This document shows, one piece after another, positions 1 through 12,219 of a stretch of 34,942 nt of DNA (the first letter of the stretch is position 1; every line of letters begins with the position of its first letter). Source of the stretch: Blastocystis sp. subtype 4 (Eukaryota); the NCBI RefSeq assembly GCF_000743755.1, contig NW_014569458.1, positions 1-34,942 of the forward strand, written 5' to 3'. Under the pieces are notes generated by a model. The model saw only the letters and a program-made list of their open reading frames with translations, did no database searches and was not told the DNA's origin. The translations under genes and the position numbers were made by a program.

Positions 1-973
1 TTTGATGCTGGTGATGCCTATATTGTGATTACTCCTGGTTTTGTGAAGTTCTCTCGTGATATGTCTTTACGTAATGGTGCTGTGATGTACAAGGCAGATA
101 TTTCTGAGAACAATTACATCGTGACTGAGGAGATTCTGGAGAAGACTCGTCAACAGGCAGAGGCTGAGGGTCATCATGTGAAGATGTTGATCGTGACTAA
201 TCCTTCCAACCCTACTGGATATGTATATTCAGAACAGGAGTTGCGAATGATGCTGACCTGGTGCAGAAAGCACAATCTCCATCTGTTCTCAGATGAGATC
301 TATGCTCTCTCAACCAAGCCTCGTGAACTGTGCAAGGAGGGAGAGCACGAGTTCGTGAGTTATGCCAAGATCATTGAGGGTGACTCTAAGACTGATGATG
401 TGACTGTATTGTGGGGTATGTCAAAGGATTTCGGTCTCTCTGGTTTCCGTTTCTCTCTTCTCTGGACCAAGAACACCGATATGTTGCGTGCCTTTGCTGA
501 ATTGGCTCACTTCTGTGAAGTATCTTCAGTGTGTCAGACTGTGATTGCGAACATGCTGAATGATGAGGAATACATTCAGGATCATATGCATACCCTGCGT
601 TACAGTGTTTGGGAAGGTCGTAAGATTGCTGAGGATTTCTTCAAGGAGAATAATATTCCTTTCATTCCTGGAACTGCTGGTTATTTCTGTTGGATCAATC
701 TGAAGGACTATATGATTGGTGATACCTTTGAGGATGAGGAGAAACTGTACAACTATATCTATGAGCATGGAAAGGTGATTATTTGTCCTGTAAGTGTGGT
801 GAAGGATGAATGAGAGATAGGGAAAGTCGTTCTTTGCTAAGGAAGCTGGATGGTTCCGTATGGTATTCACCTGTTATACTCATGAACATCTGAAGTTGGC
901 CTTGGATCGACTGAAGAAGGCTTTGGAGGAGAGAAAGCAGGATATGGAGGTTCCTTCCAAGAGAAGGTGTTAG
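1..973 (+). CDS. PLP-dependent class I/II aminotransferase, ACC synthase-like (5'-truncated by window edge)
   Basis: Frame open from base 1. Motifs NPSNPTG, FSDEIY and WGMSKDFGLSGFR (PLP lysine). GT-AG intron 790-820 joins to GKSFFAKEAGWFRMVF; stop TAG 971-973. Confidence 0.85.
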
Positions 974-1082
974 TTGATTTAGCGTTTCTGTTTTGTCTTT
1001 GTTGTATACATTAGTAAGATTTATTTCCAGGTTATTGGCAACAGTTATTATTGTTGTTGCTAGAAGAAAAGGTTTGTATACA

Positions 1083-2742
<1,660 letters not shown>

Positions 2743-2795
2743 GTCTGTTGTTTGTTTGTTACTCATCTTTGTTACGATTATTCTTAACGTACGAG

Positions 2796-3490
2796 ATGAG
2801 TTATTGTTGGCAAGGGGAGAAGCAGGACTTCTATTTGCCAATGATCAATTTTGATACAGTAACGAATGGTTTGTATCGATCTGGATTTCCCCTTCCTCGG
2901 AATATGCCTTTTATCCACAAACTGGGAATCAAGACGATAATGTAGGTTATCCGACGTTGTACTGATTGAAATAGATTTATTGAACCAAATCAAGAAGATA
3001 AACCATATGTGAAGGAAATGGCTTCGAGATGTGCTGATTGTGGTATTCGATATGTTTATCAACCTCTTGACGTTCGACTTGTATGTCTGGGAATCGAGAA
3101 TAAAGAATAGTATCCAAGTGATCCAGCAAAGGTGTGCAGTTCTTTGGAAGCAATCTTCGCAATTCTTTTAGATCAAACTAGTTACCCAGTTTTAATCAAC
3201 TGTCTTAAGGGACAGGTGTGGCTTGGTGAATGATATAACGAGTAGCACTATACTGGGATTCTTGTTGCCTGTATTCGTCGTTTACAGCAGTGGTCTATGT
3301 CATCAATTCTCTTGGAGTTGGAGTGTTGAAATGGATTGAACATAGGTTTTCTCATTTTGAAAAGAAGATCTTGGTATATGATATGGTTTTGGTCGAGTTA
3401 TTTAAGGTAAAACTAAATGCGGATCCTGCTCGTCTTCCTTCATGGATTACTGTAGATCAGTATGAGGAAGTCAAAGTATTACTTCAATGA
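2796..3490 (+). CDS. Siw14/OCA (PFA-DSP) family atypical dual-specificity phosphatase-like protein
   Basis: PMINFDTVTNGLYRSGFP, LGIKTI, YPVLINCLKGQ|HYTGILVACIRRLQQWSMSSILLE|FSHF. Four 29-33 nt GT-AG introns (e.g. 2942-2974, 3216-3245). Confidence 0.85.
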
Positions 3491-3582
3491 GAGTTGTTGT
3501 ATATAAACTTTTCGAAGTGTGAATTATCTGTCTGTTCAGATAACATCATTCCCTTGAATTCAATCCCTACTCCCTCATATGA

Positions 3583-6194
3583 TTAGCAAAATAGATAACA
3601 ACAAGAAAATGAAAATAAAAGATACTTTGAAATATCAGGAGATGGATCTTTGCTTAATAGATCTAACAGCTGGAAATCATTCACTTTAATAAAAACCTAC
3701 GTAAGTAGAAGGTACACATGAATAACCCCATTGTAATACGTATTCAATTAGTCCATTCTTTGTATAACTCTCTGGAATCACACATATCCGAAGTCCTGGT
3801 TTGTCCTCATCACTCTCCACGAGAGATCGTACTTCAAATGAGAGTCTCGAGTTGGTTACTGCCACATTTCCACCTCCTCCGCATATTATACGTTTCCACT
3901 TTTCGGAAGAAGGTGTGAGTTTCCCAACTAAAATAATTCTATGTAACAATCAACTCCAATGAGTACCTTGCTCCTACAAATACAGGTGAGCCCTCTATAC
4001 GTCTACGACGAATGACTGATCCATCGATTCGACTCTTCGGATCCACTTCACACCATTCATAGGCTTCTTCAGAAACCCATTTACCAGCTTTCTCACAAGC
4101 ATCCAAATAGGTTGGTTTCAGAATCCACATACCGCAAGCAATCGCTCCTAAGAACTTCTCAGTTCGTTTAGGTGAAGCCGTCAATAAATGAGTAGCTTCA
4201 GCAGCAAATGTGCTAATTGTGATGGAGATCATTTGTACATACTCATGCGTCTGAATGTAACGTCCTCCGAGATAAGTGATGATTTGAACTACTCGATCAG
4301 TTGAAGTATCACTACTAAGAAGGAACACTCTAGATCAGAGAAATCTTCCAAATCCACTTCTCCGAGATAGTTAGGTGCAGGCGTTTAGATTGGGGAGAGA
4401 CCGAATGTGGCGATGAAGATGACTGAGAAAAAATAGATGGACGTTTGGATAGTGTCGAGTGTGGCTGGGAAGAGATAAACAAAGAATTCTCGCTTTCTAC
4501 TGTATCTTGCGAAGTAGGGATATAATCATCAATCATTGGTATCACCGGACTAGATATGAAATGATTCTCTGATTAATACGATGGATCTATAGTTAACAGA
4601 TTATCAACAATAATTCGATCCTCTTCCTGCAATTCACTAACAGATTCTTCTTCACAATCATCATGGAAGGATTCGTCCATTGAATAGTCATCTTCATTAA
4701 CTCGTCTCCACTGTCGTAAGCAAGCAAAAAGCCATTCCACTCGTACAATCTTCAAATGTCCCTTCCATAGTGATGCTGCATGATACTTATCACTACAAAT
4801 CAAGTCTATTATCATCTCCTTCCTCATCGTATTGGCACAAATAAGATGTGTTGAGAGGTCCTTACACAGAGAACCAAGATAACAGGCTCCCATAGTATCA
4901 ATAGCACATTTCACTTCTTCACGAGTGGGATTTGTTTCGGCTGTAAATCCAGTCACACTGATTAAGCATTCTCGAAGTTCAGGAACAAATGATCTATCTG
5001 ATAATCGATCAACAGACGTACGAAGGGGAAGGAAAAAATAGAATTGATTCCCATGGATTCAATGATGTAATGTCAATACAGGCAAATCGATCAATACATG
5101 AATACAACCAATTACTAGACAGGATGAAGACAGAGTATTCTCCAAGGACTTGTTGAATTCGGTTTCTTTGTGACTGATTCATAAATGGACAGATTAGATG
5201 TGTAATATGTTTCTGAATAGCAGCATTCAGTGAATCCTCAAGCGTATCTAGATGTCGTAATACCGTTCCTCCCATCTTTTCAACTGCATATTTCAAGAAG
5301 AACTGTTCTTGTCTAAACATGATTCCATTTATCTTCACTCACTCATCAAGATTAGGAAGAAATAGGAACGAAAGTCCCTATCATAATCAATTCCCATATA
5401 AATTTACATCAAATAAATGGTGATAATTGGTTTCTGATTGATCAAATAGTAAGTTTACCGAGTTGTGGACATCATGTTCCCACTCAACTCCAAAAGGTGT
5501 CGCGGGAATATCGATCTTGGCAGATTCTATTCATTACTCCGATTCATATTCATTACCCTCTGAATAAGGTTTCATTAGAAAAGGAGTTTCATCAACATAT
5601 GATCTAGAGTAAATACAAGATTCCAGCCAAGTATCCCTAACAATTCGAACTTGGGGATACAAAGAGAAGAGGGTGGGCAGATCACTTAAAGAAGTATCGC
5701 ATACAATCACATGAGTACATCGACACATTACTGACCCTAATACCTAGCTGAAAAAAAGAGAATAAGAATACTTGAGCACCACGATGAATACAAATCGGTA
5801 AATAAAGTTGCAAGATGGTCTGCGGACAATTATAAAAAGAAAATACAAATCCTGAAAAAAAGCAAAAGGGGTCTGCAGAATAACATCGCTATGAATGAAT
5901 CATAAAAACAAAATCAACAGTTGGAAGACAGTAATTCAGAGATTGGGAAATGAACACCCATTTTGGAATCACACAACAACAAAACCCATCAGGAGTAAAC
6001 AGCTCTTTGATCCTCTCATATTCCGATGTATCACAGATAATATGAGTAGTATCCTTTGTTACAGTTTTCATTTCAGTCCCCTTCCCAGAATTCAGCAATG
6101 AAATCATTGTTTCATAATGTTCTAATGATAGACAAGATATACTGGGACTGATATAATAGAATATATCCTTAAATACATCCCCACCTATACTCAT
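3583..6194 (-). CDS. Six-BRCT-domain DNA damage scaffold (PTIP/Rtt107/Brc1- or TopBP1-like)
   Basis: Spliced exons give repeated BRCT signatures: THIIC...PKWV, YSADPFCFFSG, THVIV...DTWLESC, THLIC...NWLYSC, THLIC...VEWLFAC, THLLT...RTEKFLGAIACGMWILKPTYL. About 11 short introns. The 3' end may instead be ~3609 if the stop is poly(A)-created. Confidence 0.85.
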
Positions 6195-6227
6195 GAATAA
6201 TGTATGACAACAATCAAAAAGCAACTC

Positions 6228-7003
6228 TCAGTTATTCAAATACTTATAATAGCGATTTGGATGAAGGGTATAGACAAGTCCCTAGAATCAACAAGAATAA
6301 TCGAATCTACCTTTTTCGTTTGGGTTCTAACAATTTCTTCCAACTTAATTAAGGCATTTAAGTATTCATTACAGCGAATTGTACTCTCATTTACCAAGAC
6401 CACTACTTCTTTTAATACTCTATAATCATATAACTGTAAATATAAAGTACACTCCTTCCTTCTTCTTCGATGCGATAAATTGAAGAATCCGTTCCATTGC
6501 AGCAATATCTTTCGAATTCTTAAGCCTCTTAGGAACATTTCCCTGTTGCCGCTCAAGAGAAAACACCGTTTCCTAAGAATCAGATCTTCCCTTCAATCTC
6601 ACTCGAGAACGTTTCATTGATCCAATTTTAGGTACTTTGGATACTGAAGTACTTCCAGAACTTTCTGAGCTCGATATGCCTATCCTTTAGATAGAACACC
6701 AAATTTGAACCATTTATGGACTGCTTTGATGCATTTTCATTTTCTAACTCTTTTGTGGTTGTCGGCTGCGGTTCACTTTCAATCTTTGGCTATTCTCTTA
6801 GAGCAATATATATAGGATACGGAATTAGAATCTTTTGAAACGGGAAGAATAGAGTGAGAAGCAGACATAGATAACATGAATCGATCAAGATTGTTCAATG
6901 CTCTCTGAATCACCGCTTGTGCTTTACCGAATTCGTGAAGCCTATCTCCAAATGCATCAATATGTTCTGATAACTCAATTAGAAGACTAGATATCATTTC
7001 CAT
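6228..7003 (-). CDS. Hypothetical protein: N-terminal helix, Ser-rich linker, C-terminal winged-helix-like segment (possibly Dam1-like)
   Basis: Five ~30-nt GT-AG introns give a continuous frame MEMISSLLIELSEHID...KKGLVYTLHPNRYYKYLNN*. Family assignment is weak and by eye only. Confidence 0.6.
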
Positions 7004-7042
7004 GTTCTGTTACTGTACTCTGAAAGGGTTTCATATTCAGAC

Positions 7043-7955
7043 ATGAGAAAGTCAATAAATATGATACTACAACAAAAACTGAACTCCAAAATAAAGTGTG
7101 TTTCCTCAGGTGATTTCTCTTTCAACTCTCAGATGATTATAAACATCGAGGATCTGTATGGAGAACCAGTTGCAATGGAGAAAACGTTGTATGATATCCA
7201 TGTCAATGAAGGCTTATCTCCTGTTGAGTAAGAGAATAATTTATTCTTTACAGTAGTGTAGAAGAGGTCTGTGCATTAGAAAGGGAGGGATATCAGACGT
7301 ACAACACCTATGAGTTGTTTTTGTTAGAAAAATTTAGACATAGTTCAGACGATCGAAGGTCAATGATACTCAGTGTTAGGACAGTAAAGTGGTGTATTGT
7401 TCTTTCTTGGGTAGTGTAGATTTGTGTTTCTCATTCTAGATTGTGCTTTGTCTTTTGAATCCGATTTGTTCAAAGATTGGACGATCCTTTCTTGGCTGGC
7501 TGTGTCCTGGCTGCTTAATCTGCAGTATTCTTGTGTTTATCTCGGTGTTTTTCTATCATGACCTTTTCATTTACATTATATCCTTATTTGATTCTCTTGA
7601 GGCATCCTTCATCCTAGTCGCTGTACTTTGCATCATTGACTGTTATCGCTATGATTAGTCTTTTGATATACGCTATATATCTGTTGTGTACATATGCTAC
7701 TAATGAAGTGATTCTTCTCTTTGGAATTACCGTGATTCTTCTCTCTATCTATGTAAGCCATTTATTGTAGTTTCAATTATAGGTAATAATGCTTTGCAAG
7801 GTAATCGAAATCCACAAACTAATGCCTCTTTTTGATGACGATGGTACATATATCATCTAATTTTGATTGTAGATCTTCAGAATCTAAAGAGTGAAGAGCG
7901 CTTATGCGGCTTTGCTGGAGGATGCCGGATCGCTTCAAAAATAGCCGGTAAGTAA
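7043..7955 (+). CDS. Hypothetical multi-pass membrane protein
   Basis: Continuous frame after removing five ~30-nt GT-AG introns plus the AT-AG intron 7578-7617. About 4 hydrophobic segments; ends ...IASKIAGK TAA 7953-7955. Start uncertain. Confidence 0.65.
7578..7617 (+). other. Putative U12-type (minor spliceosome) intron with AT-AG termini, 40 nt
   Basis: 5' end ATATCCTT is the U12 donor consensus. Branch-like TCCTTCAT at 7605-7612; ends CCTAG. Phase-0 removal restores the frame, and no GT donor lies at a suitable distance. Confidence 0.7.
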
Positions 7956-8155
7956 TTACGGATTACTTTTGAGTTTGTTGTTGAGACACATAAGCCCTTG
8001 GAAGGATTGGTTTCAGATTCAACGTATACATAAAGATAATCCCTTTATAGTCCAAAAAGATTTTTGTAAGAAGAAATAATAGTTTGGGATACCTAAATCA
8101 CTAGAAAGTCGATATTCATCCCCAATGATTCGAACCAAACAACATAAGCACGCAA

Positions 8156-8468
8156 CTATTCACTCTTCTCTCCATAAATGTTCTCTCTGTCCAGATCCTT
8201 CATCATGTCCCGAAGTGAGTTTGTTTCCTTATCCTACATCATTAACCTGTTAATAGCAATTCAAATACAATGAACTTCTTTCCATAGTAAAAAGAACAAC
8301 CACCTACTGCTATATAGATCACATGTTCCCAAGGCTCTATAAGAGGATTAAAATACAATCAACAAAAGAAATCAATCCTTACCTCTCATATACGGGAGTT
8401 TTCTAAGGGAAATACAGCTTGGTAAGCAGTCCAATGCAACAACCAGTGAATCCAGCTAAGAAACTCAT
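8156..8468 (-). CDS. NDUFC2: Complex I accessory subunit B14.5b (NDUFC2-like), with an apparent frameshift at ~8403-8415
   Basis: MSFLAGFTGCCIGLLTKLY / LRKLPYMR|EPWEHVIYIAVGG...|DKETNSLRDMMKDLDRENIYGEKSE*. LRKLPYMRxPWEHV is the plant/algal B14.5b signature. Introns 8337-8382 and 8234-8268. Confidence 0.75.
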
Positions 8469-8686
8469 ATCGATGTATTCACTTGATCAATCAATCTGAA
8501 GAAAACGACACTTGTAATTGTTGCACAAATAGGGTGTATTTACGGTATTCCATGAATGGATGGTGATTCCAACGTGCTCTTCTATAGAAACAAGAGGTAT
8601 AAATGCCTCTCCAGAACTGGAGTTGAAATCGGTATTGATTCCTTATTCACGATCCATTTTATTACCAATATCATTTATTCTAGACA

Positions 8687-10007
8687 ATGAGCGCTACTGG
8701 TGTACCAAGTGAGTTGAGAAGAGTGATGAAAATGGAGAGTAGATTCGAAAGGATACCATCGTATTGATCCCCGAAATGACAACAGAGTTCAGACAATTGT
8801 ATGAATTGTTGAAATGAGTTGAGTGTAGGATGTGAAACCGATGGAAGGAGAAGAATTCGAGAAATATGGTCTGAAAGAAGATATTCTGAAGGCCTTATGT
8901 GAAAAGGGATGGGAAAAGCCATCTCCCGTCCAATCTCAGACAATTCCCGCAATCTTATCAGGGAAGGACGTATTAGCCCGTTCCAAGAATGGTACGGGAA
9001 AGACAGGAGCGTATGTGATTCCATGTTTGAATCAGGTTGATACAAGTGTAAATGCCATTCAAGGTAGGACTCAATCTTCCAAATAACGTGTAGTACTAAT
9101 TCTGGTTCCAGCCCGTGAATTGGCATTGCAGACCAGTCGTGTAGTGAAGGAGATAGGTCAGATGATGAAGATAAAGTCAATGGTGTGTTTTGGTGGTCAG
9201 TCACTGGCAGAGGATCTGTATCGTCTTCGTAAAGGTGTTCAGGTTCTTGTTGGAACGGCTGCTCGTATTCTGGATATCACGAAGCGAGGTCACTGTGACC
9301 TGAGTCAGTGTAAGTATCTGGTGTTGGATGAGGCTGACAAGATGTTGTCAGACAACTTCCGTCCTGTAGTGGAGGAGATCATTGAATTCCTCCCTACAGA
9401 GCGTCAGATCATGTTGTTGTCAGCTACCTTCCCCACAGCGGTGAAGAGCTTCGCTGATACATACATGCATACTCCGGTGATGGTGAATATGATGGAGGAG
9501 TTAACTCTGCATGGAGTGACACAGTACTATGTGTTCTTGGAGGAGCGTCAGAAGGTGAATGCCCTGCACACACTGTTCTCAAAGCTGGAGGTGAATCAGT
9601 CGATCATCTTCTGTAACAGTGTGGCTCGTGTAGAGCTACTAGCGAAGAAGATTATCGATCTGGGGTATAGTTGTTTCTACATCCACTCGCACATGCCTCA
9701 GGAAGATCGTAATCGTGTGTTTCACAATTTCACACGAGGAGCAGCTCGTCACTTAGTGTGTACAGATCTGTTCGCACGAGGAGTGGATGTGCAATCGGTG
9801 AATGTGGTAATCAACTTTGATCTGCCACAGAGCAGTGAGACGTATTTGCATCGAATCGGTCGATCGGGACGTTTTGGACACTTGGGCTTGGCTGTGGATT
9901 TTATCACAGAGAAGGACAAGGAGACATTCTACACGATCGAGCAGGAGCTGGAAACAGAGGTCCAGCCATTCCCCAAGGAAGTGGATCGCAACTTGTATTG
10001 CATCTAA
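8687..10007 (+). CDS. DDX6: DEAD-box RNA helicase DDX6/Dhh1
   Basis: GWEKPSPVQ, ARSKNGTGKT, DEADKML, SATFP, ELTLHGVTQYY, YLHRIGRSGRFGHLG. Three short introns in the 5' part (last 9064-9093). Confidence 0.95.
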
Positions 10008-10117
10008 GGATGAGGTTTTCGCCTCGTCGGGGAGGAGTTGTTTGTTCCAACAAGAAATCGTAGTATTGCTCTCACGGAATAGTCATTTTGTAAGGAAACA
10101 ATCCGAAACACTTAAAC

Positions 10118-11321
10118 TTACTCCTCATGTTTTGTAGGTAGAAGTGGATTTGCTTCACTCTCCTTTTCTTCGGAAGATACAGGCTTCTCCGTATTGAGAA
10201 TACTATCAGCCTGCTTCTTGGCCTTCTCACGATCCATCTCACGACTTCTAACCAGCGAGTACATGAAGGTACCTCCAAGAACACAGAAGGTTCCAATAGC
10301 CGAACGAAGCGACATCTTGTCTTTCAAGAAAATCACTGCGATAAGAGTTTGAACACAAGCCTTTGCGGTACCAGCAATATTGTGAGTGAGTGGAGAAGTC
10401 AAACTGATCTGAGCAATGGTAATAATGCCAATGAGGAATCCGAAAATACCAGCTGTGTTCATGACTCCCCAGAATAATAAAGACTTGAACGCCTCTAGGT
10501 GCTCCATGATGATATTTCGCTCAAAGATGATGATTAAGGGAATGAACAGGAAGATGCTATTCGTATTGTTCTAGAAATCAGTTAACCTGGTTGCATTCGT
10601 ACATAGAAACAGAGCCTCCAACTATTGTTATCAACAATGGAAATCATCTTTTTTGTATAGATGCTATTAAGAGACACAAACAGAGACGACATCACTCCAA
10701 AGATCGTTCCTTTCAGAGAAAAGTTGATCTCACCATCAGCACCAATATAAAAACCGAAAATGACTACACAGCAGCACAGAATCACTGCAATCGAAGTATG
10801 GATTCCTAGGAATAGGTAGCTATTCATTCAAATTCACAACTGGATCTACGAAAGAACCACATTAAACACAATCGTGAGAGAACGAGCAACTAAGTAGAAT
10901 GAAACAGGAACATATCTAAGATTCAAATCAAAAAGCCAATAATACTTCAAGCAAAGGTTGTTAAAGGTAATCATACCTACAAAGATCAGAGACAATGGCA
11001 TGACTCCCAAGCCAGTTCGAATATTGTACCGCTGCTCAGGGAACTGATTTAGACAAGAGGCTACAATCAAAATATCAAATCATCCATACATTTGCTTGTT
11101 TTCTTTCCCCATTCTCCCAAAATCCAACAAATAAGGGAAGTTAAGACACACTGATACCTGAATAATCATTGTAGAATGTACATAACGTACCAAGTAATGA
11201 AAAAAGGAGCTGAAATACTATTCTTTTTGGAGAGAAGGAACTTATTCATCAGTACCATCGAGATGGACACCACGAAATACGCAGTTACAACAAGGGCAAT
11301 CTTCAGTTTTTCTCCGATCAT
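10118..11321 (-). CDS. GDP-fucose transporter (SLC35C1-like nucleotide-sugar transporter)
   Basis: [68 protein letters not shown]. Five short GT-AG introns. Confidence 0.92.
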
Positions 11322-11597
11322 TGTATGGTTATAATACTAACCTATTGTGTCGATTCAGCACCAACCAAACTGACGAATCTGATTGGCTGGTGAGACAGAC
11401 GCTCTTTCTCAACAAATCTTGTTTGAGTCAAGTTCAAATTGTGGGGTAGAATTGCCAATTGCAAAAAAAATACGAAACTGAAATCATCTACACACCATAG
11501 AATATGCCATTGAAACCAACGAAATAGTGTACTAAAGAATAGAATACGACTCCTTTGTTGAAACCGAAACGGAAGAAATGTCATAGATTTCTTGACC

Positions 11598-12059
11598 ATG
11601 GATGATAACGAACTGATTTCGGTTTGCAACAACCTAAAGCAGCTCCAGAAAGTGATGATCGAGATTAATGATGTTGTGGAAGGAATGACGGATACGAACC
11701 TTAAGGAGAAGATGTCGAAGATGTCGTATTTGGAATCGGCCCAGATGCATCTTGTAATGGCAGAAATATCGATCAATATGTTTTATGGTTTGTTTTTATG
11801 ATATTAGTCAATTTGTAGCTTACTTAAAAAGTAAAGGAGTCGACGTGTCTGAGCACCCAATTCAGAAAGAAATGGTATGTTCTAAATGATGTCAAATGAT
11901 CTCTAGAAGCGTTTGGAAGAATACAAGAAGAAAATGAATGAAGTGCTTCACGGAAGGGGTTTGTCTTGAATATGAGAATAAAAGATAGAAATGCCGACAA
12001 TGAGAATCGACAAAGAGGCCACAGCTAGGATCATTCAAAACAGTATTGGACAGCAGTAG
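11598..12059 (+). CDS. C1D: C1D/Rrp47 nuclear exosome cofactor (Sas10/Utp3/C1D family)
   Basis: Spliced product ...ESAQMHLVMAEISINMFYA YLKSKGVDVSEHPIQKEM KRLEEYKKK...MRIDKEATARIIQNSIGQQ*. Three ~30-nt introns; TGTTTGTT at 12087-12094. Confidence 0.85.
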
Positions 12060-12219
12060 TTACACATCTATGGTGTTTTTATTCATTGTTTGTTATTTCG
12101 AACATCCGAAGTCTTCCTTGCTTTTCCTATTAATTGTGAATAAAGTTTAAAACGTAATCCCTAAAAAGGATATAGCTTCGTTCTTCGTCTTAGGCATGCC
12201 TACTCATTATTCCATCTGA

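Noticed and set aside
6790..6820. Intron donor GTATCCTA similar to the U12 GT-AG consensus
   Set aside because: One mismatch, no convincing TCCTTAAC-like branch site and an ordinary 31-nt length; likely U2-type.
8127..8136. B-box-like GGTTCGAATC on the minus strand
   Set aside because: No A box or cloverleaf; the upstream sequence is the NDUFC2 3' end.
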